Shown here in pieces: positions 1 to 13,132 of a stretch of 64,000 bases of DNA. The position numbers and the translations under genes were made by a program. The DNA is from Octopus vulgaris (lineage: Eukaryota): positions 117,800,001 through 117,864,000 of the forward strand of contig OX597821.1 in the NCBI GenBank assembly GCA_951406725.2. The letters are read 5' to 3'. Below the pieces are notes generated by a model that made no database searches, was not told where the DNA came from, and worked only from the letters and a program-made list of their open reading frames with translations. Positions within the stretch are counted from its first letter, which is position 1, and every line of letters begins with the position of its first letter.

Positions 1-541
1 CAGTTGTAATTACAATATTCCTTTCTCCAACGAATCTGTCTAGTTGTATGCCCTCTGTCCCATCCTATACAGCCCACTCCCCACCACTTAAGAAATGCAC
101 ACACACACACCAGTCTCTCTCTCTCTCTCCTCCTCCTCCTCCTCCTCTTTCCTTTGTCATGGTTTTACAAAACACAACCTTACCAATTTGGTGGAGGAGT
201 GTCATATACAAAAGTCAAGGACGCTTGACCTTCACAGAGTGTGAACCCTTCCCCACCCCCACCCCCACCCAACACTTAAAACTTCAGGTTGTTTACCTTC
301 TATATTCTGTCTTTTACTTGTTTCAGCCATTAGACTGTGGCCATGCTGGGGCATTACCTCAAAAAATTTTTAGTCCAATGAATTGACCCCAGCACTTTTT
401 CCTTTTAACCTGGTGCCTATTTTATCAGTCTCTTTTGCTGAACTACTAAGTTATGGGTATATAAACACACCAACACCTATTGCCAAGCAGTGGTAGGGAA
501 CGAACAGATGCACAAAGCCACACACACATCGATATATATAT

Positions 542-780
542 ATCATCATCATCATCATCATCGTTTAACGTCCGTTTTCCATGCTAGCATGGGTTGGACG
601 GTTCAACTGGGGTCTGGGAAGCCAGAAGGCTGCGCCAGGCCCAGTCTGATCTGGCAGTGTTTCTATAGCTGGATGCCCTTCCTAACACCAACCATTCCGA
701 GAGTGTAGTGGGTGCTTTTTATGTGCCACCTGCACAGGTGCCAGACGAGGCTGGTAAACAGCCACGATCGGATGGTGCTT
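542..780 (-). mobile_element. SINE-like repeat with RTE-type 3' end and (ATG)n tail (other copies near 6370-6735, 10500-12225, 17970-18450, 19290-19785, 20320-20600, 26010-26170, 26470-26860)
   Basis: Recurrent GGAAGGGCATCCAGCTGTAGAAAC...CCCATGCTAGCATGG...(ATG)n. Confidence 0.75.
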
Positions 781-876
781 AATCCAAACAAGAAAGCACA
801 AGAAAAACACAACAACTTGAGGACATGGAACAAATATAGTATTATTGGATGCTCAGGAAAGAAGGAACGAAGGAGG

Positions 877-911
877 GTTTAACGTTTTGAGCGGAGCTCT
901 TCGTCGGAAAC
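877..911 (-). ncRNA. Degenerate minimal type-I hammerhead ribozyme motif
   Basis: Minus strand GTTT-CCGACGA-AGAGCTCCGCTC-AAAA-CG-TT-AAAC; stems I and II pair; core has U4C and GAAA>AAAA. Confidence 0.55.
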
Positions 912-1971
912 ATAGGAGAAGGAAAGATCCAGAGAAGGGAAGACAAAGGAAACAAAATCGCCAACGGTGTGATATGCAGCTGAATTCTGTTTTTAAGAGG
1001 CTCGCTTCGAGAGTTGCATTCCCTCACATTCGGTACTATGTGCTTATTTATTTTGGTAGTTTTGACTTTAAGAGTCCCTCCTAGTGTGTGGCATTCATGT
1101 ATAGTAATGCCCTCAATATAAATATTTATAGATGTGTATTACAGGCTTCTTTGAGTTTCCATTTACCAAATCCATTGACAAGGCTTTGTATGGCTTGGGG
1201 CTACAGTAGAAGACACTTGCCCAAAGTGCCGTGCAGTGGGACTGAACCCAGAACCATGGGGTTGGGAAGCAAACTTCTTATTTCTTTATTGCCCACAGTG
1301 GGCTAAACATAGAGGGGACAAAAACAAGGACAGACAAAGGGATTAAGTCGATTATAATGACCCCAGTGCTTAACTGGTACTTATTTAATCAACCCCAAAA
1401 GGATGAAAGGCTAAGTCGACCTCGGCAGAATTTGAACTCAGAACATAGCGGTAGACGAAATACCATTACGCATTTCGCCTGGCATGCTAACATTTCTGCC
1501 AGCTTGCCGCCTTTCTTAGAAACTTCTTACCTCACAGCGACACCTGTGGATATCACTTGCAATGATGGTGGAAAGGATGAGAGAAAAGAGCTTGTTTAAG
1601 AGTTAATCACTGTTTACCAGATGTAAGCCATTCCCACCTGCTTTGCCTGTTTCTCATCATCTTCATCATCATTGTTATTGTTCTAATGTCCATTTATCCT
1701 TGCTCTCATGGAAACTAGAGATGGAATTCATTGAAGCTGATGTTTTTTTCTCTTTCTATGCCTGTAAGCACATGCTTCCTGTCACTGACCTTCACCTGTT
1801 TCTCTGAGTAAGGTAATATTATTTTCTGATGGCTGGACATCTTTTCATGAATGACTAAGAAATGGAGGAAACTGCTTCTGTGATTGTAATGCACATTTGC
1901 AATTGTCATGGAATGTCAAGACAAAGAAACACAAAGATACACACGTCCATGCACACACACACACATATACC

Positions 1972-2002
<31 letters not shown>

Positions 2003-2033
2003 ATACATGTATATATATGTATATATATGTATA

Positions 2034-2071
<38 letters not shown>

Positions 2072-2087
2072 AACATATATATACATT

Positions 2088-2137
<50 letters not shown>

Positions 2138-2332
2138 CCTCTCATACCCTATATATATATAGGGTATGAGAGGTATTGTCAATAAGACCTAAAGATGTCA
2201 GGTGATGGTGTGTAAGCGCTAAGGACAGACCATAGTTAAGCTGTAGTAGCATGCATATATATATAAAAATTAAGAGAATGAGATAAAAAATACAAGGCTG
2301 TGAATAATTTTCACAACATTTATAAAGAGAAG

Positions 2333-2382
2333 GTCTTACAGCTGTTTCTGGGATATTTTTTATATATTCCTTCATCAGAGAC
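2333..2382 (-). ncRNA. Minimal type-I hammerhead ribozyme
   Basis: GTCT-CTGATGA-AGGAATATATAAAAAATATCCCA-GAAA-CAGCTG-TA-AGAC; intact core, palindromic stem III, GUA triplet. Confidence 0.8.
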
Positions 2383-2657
2383 AGTGCGAGAAAATGTTTA
2401 AGTAATAGTTATTTTGGAAAAAAATCCTTGATTGAATAACACCATTTACAAGACTCTATGCTTGGAACAACTAATTATAAACACTATTGGAACTCACACA
2501 CAAGGTACAGGGAACTTATATGTACATCATTCTGCTTAAATAATGGAACTGCAGATACAATATCCCTGCATATCTCACGTCTGTTTTCATTCCTCTACTT
2601 CACTCTGTATTTCATATCTTCTCTATAATAACTATTACTTAAACATTTTCTTGCACC

Positions 2658-2705
2658 GTCTCTGATGAAGGGATATATAAAAAATCACGGAAACAGCTGT
2701 CAGAC
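2658..2705 (+). ncRNA. Minimal type-I hammerhead ribozyme
   Basis: GTCT-CTGATGA-AGGGATATATAAAAAATCACG-GAAA-CAGCTG-TC-AGAC; intact core, GUC triplet, weakened stem II. Confidence 0.8.
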
Positions 2706-3488
2706 ATTCTCTTTATAAATGTTCTGAAAACTAGTCACAGCTTTAGATTTTTTATCGCAGTCTGTTAATTTTATGTATATATAAAATACAAAATGGGACA
2801 AGAATGCAAAACATCCGGACAGTTAGGTGATACAAACATGGGAAACAAAACATCCAGATAGACGATACAAAGAAAACAAAGACAGGTCATTCGAAGTTTT
2901 CTTTCCTTAGTCAAGCAATAGATTATCCTCACAATTTTGGCTGATTATACTTGAGATTGCTCCAATCTGGCCAGCCCCCAGGAAAAACTAAGCTAAGAGC
3001 ATTAGATTCCTTGGAAGAAAGCAGTGAATGTATACAAAAACAAGGACGGAAAAAAACGGACAATGTTACACAAATACAAATACAATAAACATAATAACAG
3101 GACATAATAACAGGTATCTTTCGACTAAGGACAAATTGAATTAAGCTGGCATGTGTAGAAATGAAGCCTTACTGCTGAGATACAAGATTTCACAAACACA
3201 GGGAAGAATATCGGTGTTGCATGGACAACGGCCAGACCAAGAAAGAAAGAACAGGCTTGGCCGAACGTCGGTCACGTGGGAAGAGATGAGAGAGAAGTAG
3301 AAGCAGAGGGGCAGTGTTCTGTTCACTGGGGATGGTTGGCCAAAAGTTAACCCATGGAATTTGGTTTAACCTTTGACCTTATCAGTCCTGGGGCTCTTGA
3401 CCAAACCTCAGTTATACTCATCAATGCTCTCACTACATTTATTAATCTGCAATTATTTTCTTTCATCTTCCAATCTACCTTTTTGCAG

Positions 3489-3637
3489 ATGACTTCTTAT
3501 GATGCGGACAGCTTTGACTTTAAATCTTTGGATAAAGAACTTAAAACTGCTGTGGAACTAGATGAAAAATATTGGAGGGAAAATGATGCCAAATTTCGAG
3601 CTGTGAGACAGAAAGTTGCAAGTTATGAAGAATTCAG
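3489..3637 (+). CDS. CCDC103: CCDC103 (dynein axonemal assembly factor) coding exon 1
   Basis: [50 protein letters not shown] matches the dynein attachment factor N-terminal motif ([19 protein letters not shown]); acceptor tttttgcag before ATG; phase-2 GT donor. Confidence 0.93.
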
Positions 3638-3841
3638 GTAATTGTTTGGAATTTGGTTTTTGCTTTGTGGCTTTCTGTGCTTTTTTTTCCTGAATTGATA
3701 AGATGGTTCAGTAACAGAGTTTGGGGATTGATGGATTCAACCAAAACACCTCTCCTTCCATAAATGTATGGATGTCTGCCAGTATTAGAGAATGTGACTG
3801 GCACCACCACTGCCACCATCACTACCACTACCACCACCACA

Positions 3842-3890
<49 letters not shown>

Positions 3891-4020
3891 CTATCACCAC
3901 CACCTCCATCATTATCATCATCACCTTTGCTGTAGAATGCAAATTAAAATACCTTACATTATTCAGTCTCTTCTATCTCTCTCTCACTCTTTCTGAGTTT
4001 AAGTTTTTGCATGTCATCCT

Positions 4021-4500
4021 TTAACCCTTTTATTACCATATTTCTGTTGAGATGCTGTATTTCTTTCAATTAATTTTATATATAACAAAGAATTTAGTAA
4101 AATAACTCAGTTATCATTAAGCTAGTGTTAGGAACATAAATTGTGACTAAGGTTTGGTGGAAGATTTTAATTCAAAACTTATGGAAACAAGACATTTGTA
4201 CTCAGAGCCAGAGGTGGTTTCAGCCAGTTGGTATCAAAAGGCCTTAGGCCCGCCTTATTCTATCTCCAACTTTAACCCTTTCATTACTGTATTTATTTTG
4301 AGATGCTCTGTGTTTCTTTCAATTGCTTTAAATATAACAAAGATTTTAGTAAAATAACTTAGTTATCATTCAGCTAGTGTTAGGAAAATAAATTGTGACT
4401 AAGGTTTGGTGGAAGATTTTAATACAAAACTTTTGCAAACAAGGCATTTGTACTACAGAGCCAGAGCTGGTTTGAGCCAAGTTGGTATAAAAATGATTAA
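4021..4500. mobile_element. Two tandem piggyBac-like MITEs (third copy 33080-33308; related element 4981-5987 with nested SINEs)
   Basis: TTAA-CCCTTT left ends, degenerate AAAGGG-TTAA right ends, shared ~230-bp body. Confidence 0.6.
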
Positions 4501-7289
4501 GAGGTCTAATAGTAATTAGCATCAAGTCCAAACCAAACGACTCACTCATTTATATTTTCCCCTCCACCCTATGAATTTGTGCTGGTACCATAAATCATTA
4601 ACCATTAATCCTTAATATTTAACTTATTTGTTTTTCCTGTTTTGTTTCTATAAGTTTTTCTTTTTTGCTATTTACACTTAATTTAGTCTTACACTTGTCT
4701 TTTATTTTTTTCCCACTAAATTACTGATTAGTTAATTAAAATTTCTCATAAATTTTTCAAGTAAATCAGCAGAATTATAGACATGAAATTGGTGAAATTT
4801 GCCAATAATGGTTATTAATTTAAACTTCACTTCAAAGTCTTTGTGTTTGCCCCTAGGCAGGACACATAACTCTGCTTGTCTCAGTTTTTCCTAGCTGCAA
4901 ACTGCCCCTACTGCCAGTTTCTGGTTGAAGTATATAAAAGACATGCAGCTTTCAAAATGTAATTTAAAATAATTACATGTTTAACTCTTTAACCTTCACA
5001 TTCCCCTCTCGAATGTATTGCTCATTTATTCAGGCTGTTTTCAATTAAACATGCAATATTTCATAGCTACAAGATTTCAATGATGTGATTACTCTTTTAC
5101 TTGTTTCAGTCATTTTACTGTGGCCATGCTGGAGCATGCTGGAGCACCACCTTTAGTTGAGCAAATCGACCCCAGGACTTATTCTTTGTAAACCTATTAC
5201 TTATTCTATTGGTTTTTCTTTTGCTGAACTGCTTACAGGGACGTAAACACACCAGCATCAGTTGTCAAGCGATGTTGGGAGGACAAACACAAACACACAA
5301 ACACATACACACATACATACATACATACATACATATACATATCACTGTGATCATTGTGACTGACCAGGCTATCAGATGTTGCTACACATTGCTGGTCACA
5401 ATGCGCTTCACATTGTTTTAGCCTTCAAATGATGCCACCCAGCTGGCTAAGCGAGCAGGCCAACAGAAGAAAGAGTGAGAGAAAATTGTGGTGAAAGAGT
5501 ACAGCAGGGATGCCCCCCCCCCCTGCCGGAGCCTCGTGGAGCTTTAGGTGTTTACACTCAATAAACACTCACAACACCCAGTCTGGGAATCGAAACCGCA
5601 ATCCCACAACCACGAGTCTGCTTCCCTAACCACTGGGCCATTGTGCCTCCACACACACACACACACCCACACACATATATACAACGGGCTTCTTTCAGTT
5701 TCCATCTACCAAATCCACTCACAAGACTTTGGTCGGCTTGACTCTATAGTAGAAGACACTTGCCCAAGGTGCTCCGCAGTAAGACTGAACCCGTAACCAT
5801 GTGGTTGGTAAGCAAGCTACTTACCACACAGCCACTCCTACACCTATTGTTTGTTTAGTTTCAGGATTGTTTAGTTTTTGAATGACATACTAAGGTAAGA
5901 TATGCATGGTCAGATTTGGCTGGGTGGAGCATAAGGCAGGTAGAATATTTTGGCCAAATATGGCCTATCGGAATACTAAAGGGTTAAATGTTCCTGTCAT
6001 TAGCCTTGGGTGATCCTTAGTTCAGCAGAATTATGAAAAAATAATTATGACCAAAGATCACTGCTGACCTGGGGTTAAAAAAAATACCAACAATTCTGTG
6101 GAGGAAGCCTCTCTGGAATTGCTCAACGTGCTAGTAATAGCAGCTAACTCTGCCTCAAATCACACTTTAGTGTTTTTTTAGAAAGGGAGAATGCTTTGGA
6201 CAATGCTGTCCTCGATGAGATGGTCATGGCTAGAACTCCTTGGATTATAAGTCCACTCTCAATGAAGACTGACCAAAGGCCAAACAACAACAGCAACAAC
6301 AACAACAACAACAACAATAAACACTACATTTTATTTTATTTTTTATTTTATTTATTTTTTAATATGTTACCATCCGAACGTGATCATTGCCAGAGCGGCT
6401 ATCTGGCCTCCGTGCCGGTGGCATGTAAAAGACACCATTCGAGTGTGATCATTACCAGCATCACCTTATTGGCACCTGTGCCGGTGGCATGTGTAAAGGA
6501 TTTGAGCGAGGTCATTGCCAGTACCGCCTGACTGGCCCCTGTGCCAGTGGCACGTAAAAGCATCCACTACACTCTTGGAGTGGTTGGTGTTAGGAAGGGC
6601 ATCCAGCTGTAGAAACTCTGCCAGATCAAGACTGGAGCCTTGTGCAGCCATCTGGTTTGCCAGCCCTCAGTCAATTGTCCAACCCATGCTAGCATGGGAA
6701 GTGGACTTTAATTGATGATGATGATGATGATGATATAGTATGAAGCCATTAAAGTGAGTTCCCTGATAATCCCGAAGTCCTACAACATAAACACGAGAGA
6801 TAAGAATAATGAACTACTTCTCAAATTACAAATTATGTATTATTGCTCAAGTCATGAAAGGCTTTTTCTGGTCATCCTTGGCATACAAAAAGAAAAAAAT
6901 CAGAAAGATAATTTTCTTGCATATTTTTACAAAGATAAAAATTAAGATTAAATCCTACTTACATAGAAATATTGTTTTAATCAGGTAAAATATAAATATA
7001 TGTCTAATTCTACACACACACACACACACACGCACACACACACACACTGAGAGAGCATGTGGTCTTAGGTTCAATCCCAGTGCAACACCTTGGGCAATCT
7101 TTTTACTGTTTTTTCAGGCTGACCAATGCCTTGTGAGTGAAATTGGTAGACAGAAACTCCATGGAAGTTTGTTTTGTAATGGAAATATGATCAGAGGTTG
7201 TGTTAACCTCATGAAGGGATGGTTTCATCCAAGAAAATACTGGTTCAATACCTAGTATTTTTGGGAATTAATTTCCTTAAAATAATAGG

Positions 7290-7328
<39 letters not shown>

Positions 7329-8664
7329 ATAAAAAGCATATGGTCTGCTATAATGAATCCATAAACACATACAAAACATCCAAGGGTATATTTTTCCCCT
7401 CTGAAGATATTATTCTCAGGTCATATAGTTCAGTCCCACACAATGGGACTGAACCTGGAACCATGAAGTTGGTAAGCAAACTACTTACTACACAGCCACT
7501 GAGTATTATTGGAAACAGCTGTAAGGGATGATGATTAATTTAGTGTCAATAATAAATAATTAACTTCCCAATCTCCATTTTTGTTTTTTTCTTTTATGTA
7601 TATATATATATATATATATCTATATATATATATATATATATATATATAAGTCCCACCCATGCTAGCATGGAAGACGGACATTAAACCATGATGATGATGA
7701 TAATACATGATGATTTAAATTCCATGATTCATTCTGGAAGGGTTTTCATGACTTGGCAGGTTTCAGTGGGTCCAACAACTTCATTATGCTCCAGTGTCTG
7801 TTTTGGCATGGTTTCTTATTTCTTTATTGCCCACAAGGGGCTAAACATAGAGGGCACAAACAAGGACAGACAAAGGAATTAAGTCGATTATAGCGACCCT
7901 AGTGTGTAACTGGGTATTTAATTTATCGACCCCAAAAGGATGAAGGGCAAAATCAATTTGAACTCAGAATGTAATGGCAGACGAAATACCTCTAAGCATT
8001 TCGCCTGGTGTGCTACCATTTCTGCCACCTTGTTTTAGCATGGTTTCTATGGCTGGATGCTCTTCCTAAAACTAACCACTTTAAAGTGTGTAATTGGGGC
8101 TTTTTTTCGTGCCACTAGCACTAATGAGATCACTGTTGAGCTCACAAGACTATGAATCTCATGGACGGTGGGTTGGTTTTATGTTAGGGGTCAAGGGGGT
8201 AAACTGTGAGAGAAGGAATGGAGTAGGTTAGGTTCTTACTGTAAAAAGCTGCATGGCTCTCTCTCTCTCTTCCCCTCTTTCTCTGCATATATATATACAC
8301 ACACACACATGCACACATTTTTGCATCCACCCACCCATTGATCCATCCATCCAGCCATCCATCCATTCATCCATCCTTCCCTCCCTCCCTCCATCAACTG
8401 ATGTGTGTGTGTGAGGGTATTTATCTCTTCCTGATTTTGTAGGCCTTAAAATGAATGACATTAAAGCAAAATACATGTGGTCCAACGATGTAGCGCAAGG
8501 CTTGACAGAGTTAGGAAGCAATGAAATTGGGGAGATGAATATGTGCTAAAACATAGACATTAAAAGCTGGAGGAGAATGAGGGCAGGATGGATGGCATTA
8601 GATTTGGTAAACGATGTGTTCAAAGCAAAGCTAGATCAGATGGTATCTCTCTTTTCTCTTTTTA

Positions 8665-9062
8665 CTCTTTTACTTTTTTCAGTCATTTGACTGTAGCCAT
8701 GCTAGAACACCGCCTTTAGCCGATCGAATTGACCCCAGGACTTATTCTTTGTAAGCCTAGTACTTATTCTATTGGTCTCTTTTGCCAAATCGCTAAGTTA
8801 CGGGGACATAAACACACCAGCATCGGTTGTCAAGCATTGTTGGGGGGACAAACACAGACACACAAACATATACGCACATACATACATATATATGTATACA
8901 TATATATGATGGGCTTCTTTCAGTTTCCATCTATCAAATCCACTCACAAGGTTTTGGTCAGCAGAGGCTATAGTAGAAGACACTTGCCCAAGGTGCCACA
9001 TAGTGGGACGGAACCCAGAACCATGTGGTTGGTAAGCAAGGTACTTACCACACAGCCACTCC
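8665..9062 (-). mobile_element. tRNA-derived CORE-type SINE with CR1-like tail (copies near 5090-5845, 17250-17630, 28410-28780)
   Basis: Pol III-like head, GGCACCTTGGGCAAGTGTCTT core-like block, internal TA/TG microsatellite, tail CAGCATGGCCACAGTCAAATGACTGAAAC. Confidence 0.7.
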
Positions 9063-9064
9063 TA

Positions 9065-9500
9065 AGTCTCTTCAATAACACTGTCATAACTGCATTCTTA
9101 TACAAAAGTGAAGTATGGGTTCCTATGTAGGGAGAAGAACATCAATTGGTCATAACATAAGGGACTATGGAAAGATCCGTGCTAGGAATAAAACTGCAAG
9201 AGCATATCCGAAATGGGGTGGTTCAAGAACAAAGCAGAGGGAACAACATGGTTGCAGAATAACCACAAACATAAGTTCCACTACGTTGGATTTGTTTCAA
9301 GGTTTACAGACAATGGGTCGACCTGTGCAGCTGCTGAGTGGCACAATAAGGGATCAGAAAAGACCATTCAAGAGGCCTTCATGATGATGGAATGATAACA
9401 GTTTAGTAAAACAGTTTGGGACAAGATGGGGGAAGAATAGTGCCATCAAGGAAGAATTGGAAGTGCATTGGAAAGAACAGTCTAGAACAACATCTGATAA
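9065..9500 (+). pseudogene. Decayed RTE-clade LINE fragment (with 8460-8640)
   Basis: LFNNTVITAFLYKSEVW resembles the RTE C-terminal LYG.E.W motif; frameshifted. Confidence 0.5.
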
Positions 9501-9593
9501 TAGGGTCAATATTGGTAACACAGTTGATTTACATACACATATGTATATGTATATATCATCATCATCATCATCATCATCATTTAACATCATGCT

Positions 9594-9665
<72 letters not shown>

Positions 9666-10198
9666 CACACACACACACATTATATATATATATATATATA
9701 TACATACATACATACATATATATATAATTATTTATATATATATTCAGCCACATGGCTGAAATGAGTATAAGAGTATATAAACATATATGATGATGATATA
9801 TGTTTATATACTCTTATACTCATTTCAGCCATGTGGCTGCTGTCACGCTGGAGTACCACTGTGGTCTCTCTGATTTCCTCAGTCTGGGATGTTTCACATC
9901 ACCACTCTTGCATATGCCTTTTACCCTGCTGTTGGTCTATTTGGTGTATAAAGGAGTTGTTGGGCTGTTGGTTCATCTGCTATTGAAGAGAGGGGGATGT
10001 CTAGTTCCTTTTTGAAGACATCTGCGTCCACCTTATGCAGATTTCTTAATTTTTGTGGCGGGGCATTGAAGAGCTGTGCGCCTTTGAACCCTAGTCTATT
10101 TCAGTACCTGGTCCTGAATATATGTGTGTGTGTGTTATACAGAATGAGATAACAAATCCAAGGCTGTGAGGAGTTTCCAGGACATTTATAATGAAATA

Positions 10199-10246
10199 GT
10201 CTTACAGCTGTTTCTGTGATATTATGGATATCCCTTCATCAGAGAT
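10199..10246 (-). ncRNA. Minimal type-I hammerhead ribozyme (same family as 2333/2658)
   Basis: ATCT-CTGATGA-AGGGATATCCATAATATCACA-GAAA-CAGCTG-TA-AGAC. Confidence 0.75.
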
Positions 10247-10460
10247 GGTGTGAGAAAATATCTGAGTCCCCACAGCCTTGGCTTTGTTATCTCATTCTGT
10301 CTAATATATAGAAGCATACTAATAAAAGACCCACATTAGTCTTCTCACTCGTATCATTATCGAACCAAGAGTTTAACTACAGTCTGTCCATAGCACTTAC
10401 TTAGTGTTACCCGACAATCTTTGGGTCTTCTAGACAGCAATACCTCTCGTACCCTTGGTA

Positions 10461-10498
<38 letters not shown>

Positions 10499-10584
10499 AC
10501 CGTGGCCGTTGCCAGCCTCGCCTGGCACCTGTGCAGGTGGCACGTAAAAAGCACCCACTACACTCACGGAGTGGTTGGTGTTAG

Positions 10585-12073
10585 TGTGGTGTGGTGATGA
10601 AGGAGTGTGACGGGACGGGCGGGAGCGGAAGTGATGCTTACAGGTCTTGCAGGGCGCATGCGCCGGCGGAAGCGGAAGCCACAGACTCAACGCACGTGCG
10701 GCATCGACCGGTTGCGACAGACCCCAGCAAGGCACCGAGACGACAACACGCGAGCAAGTTGGCTGAAGGCCATCCGACTTCATCCCCTGTCAGGTAAGAC
10801 CTTATTGCACTTCTGTTTCCTCTTTCCTTGTTCCGTTGTGCTCCTTTCATCCACCACAAGCTATTTCGGCAATTAGTCAGCGTTCACATTTTTTTTTAAC
10901 ACGATGTCGGCAAAAATTAGGATCGCCAGTGACGTCGTCAGACCTTTTAACGGCAAAGGCGATGTAGTGGCCTGGATTCAGAAAATCAGGCTGGTGGCGA
11001 GACTGCAGGGCATAAGCGACGTGGCGAGTCTTATGGCCCTGTATTTGGAAGGAAGTGCGTTGTCGCTTTACCTAGAAATGGATGAAAAAGAACGGCTCTG
11101 CGATGGGAATATAGAGCGGCGCTTGTGTGACGCATACACAGAATGCGAGTACACAGCTTTCGCTAAGCTGGGTGCAATCAGGTGGACGGGAGGCCAGGTG
11201 GATGATTTTGCATCAGAAGCTAGAAGGCTAGCGACTCTGGCCGGGTTTGCCGGAGAAGGACTGGAGAGAGCAGCCCGACTGGCATTCGTAAATGGGTTCC
11301 CCGATGATGTAGGGATTCACCTACAACGACTGCCCGGGGTCAAAAAGATGCCATTGAGCGAGCTTGTAACTCATGCTCGCGGGTTGACGAGACACTCGGG
11401 GCGGAAGGGGATAGCGATGGCGGTGACGGAGGCGCGTAAAGACGGACGACGTCCCGAGAAAGAGGAAACAGAAGTGCAATAAGGTCTTACCTGACAGGGG
11501 ATGAAGTCGGATGGCCTTCAGCCAACTTGCTCGCGTGTTGTCGTCTCGGTGCCTTGCTGGGGTCTGTCGCAACCGGTCGATGCCGCACGTGCGTTGAGTC
11601 TGTGGCTTCCGCTTCCGCCGGCGCATGCGCCCTGCAAGACCTGTAAGCATCACTTCCACTCCCGCCCGTCCCGTCACACTCCTTCATCACCACACCACAC
11701 GCCCCCCTGATTTATAAGTCACTGAACCGGCTTCCTCACTCGCTCCCGCACCCGAAACTGGTTTCATAATCAGCCAGCCAGGGAGGAGGGTGCCGCTCCC
11801 TCTGTGGTCGCAGCGCGACCCTAGGACTTGTTTCTGGTGTGTTGCTGTCGACCTCGTCATCCTGTCGGTTGTTTTCGTCCTGCCCACTGTTGCTTGTCCC
11901 ATCCTCTGGGGCATGGACAATCCTCCGTATGTCCAAAACGTGGCGTGGCATACCATCGATGGAGATGTTATTCTTCGAATTTACGGAGGTTATCCCCTGT
12001 CAGGTAAGACCTTATTGCACTCCTGTTTCATCTTTCCTTGTTCCGTTGTGCTCCTTTCATCCACCACACCACA
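10585..12073 (+). mobile_element. Internally deleted and inverted Gypsy-type LTR retrotransposon
   Basis: TG...CA ends; 5-bp TSD GTTAG (10580-84, 12074-78); LTR 10585-~10858; inverted LTR + PPT + integrase tail at 11455-11990. Confidence 0.85.
10904..11482 (+). CDS. Truncated Gag-like protein
   Basis: PFNGKGDVVAWIQK...LYLEGSAL...AFVNGFP, a Gypsy gag-type pattern; last codons come from the inverted LTR. Confidence 0.75.
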   Translation: MSAKIRIASDVVRPFNGKGDVVAWIQKIRLVARLQGISDVASLMALYLEGSALSLYLEMDEKERLCDGNIERRLCDAYTECEYTAFAKLGAIRWTGGQVDDFASEARRLATLAGFAGEGLERAARLAFVNGFPDDVGIHLQRLPGVKKMPLSELVTHARGLTRHSGRKGIAMAVTEARKDGRRPEKEETEVQ

Positions 12074-12227
12074 GTTAGGAAGGGCATCCAGCTGTAGAAA
12101 CATTGCCAGATTAGACTGGAGCCTGGTGCAGCCTTCTGGCTTCCCAGATCCCCGGTTGAACCGTCCAACCCATGCTAGCATGGAGAACGGACGTTAAACG
12201 ATGATGATGATGATGATGATGATAATG

Positions 12228-12258
<31 letters not shown>

Positions 12259-12538
12259 AAATACCTATGTATGGATATAAACATAAAAACAGTCACAAAG
12301 AAATCAGAGGGTTATAGTAATCTCAATTGTGTTATAAGTCAGTTGTTTGATTTTAAAGTGTTTTTCTGTGATATTCCTGACTGAAGTTATTCCTTTAATC
12401 TAATTCTTTCAATTTAACTTTGTGACATTTTAGGAAAAAAAAAAAAAATGACAAAACACCTACTTGTTTTCTTTTTTTTTTTTTTTTTAATTTACCATTT
12501 ACCTATATGTTTATATATATTTATTTAGTAATTTTGCA

Positions 12539-12578
<40 letters not shown>

Positions 12579-12819
12579 TTTTTTTTTTTCTCCTACCAGA
12601 AAAAGTGCCCAGCAAATTATTTTATCCTGCATCTGGTTAACTGTGTGCTTTTGTCCCCTGTTTGATGGGATGTAATAGTTAGGTGGAAATAATTTAGTTC
12701 AGGTGTAGAGCTTAACTGACATATAATAATGTCATCGTTGCCGCCACCGCCACCACCACCATGATGATGGTGACAAGAAAACAAGTTTTTTTTTGTTTTG
12801 TTATTATGTTGTGTCTCCA

Positions 12820-12882
12820 TGTGTGAAGGTATGTGTGAAGGTATGTATGTTGTATGTATATTTGAATGTGCATATATATATG

Positions 12883-12913
<31 letters not shown>

Positions 12914-12924
12914 ATATGTGTGTA

Positions 12925-12964
<40 letters not shown>

Positions 12965-13081
12965 AATATATATATATACACATGTGTGCGTATGCATGAA
13001 TATACATACATATATATATATATATATATCTGTCTGTGTGTTTGTGAGTGTGTGCATACATATATGTATATATGAATACGA

Positions 13082-13132
<51 letters not shown>

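Larger units (their letters stand above)
2255..2783. mobile_element. Non-coding element with ~155-bp inverted arms, each carrying a hammerhead (PLE pLTR-like)
   Basis: 2255-2412 is approximately the reverse complement of 2628-2783; bounded by TA runs. Confidence 0.75.

Noticed and set aside
1862-2185. Many YI/HT/CV, poly-H, poly-I and poly-N ORFs across the window
   Set aside because: Simple-repeat translations with no coding signal
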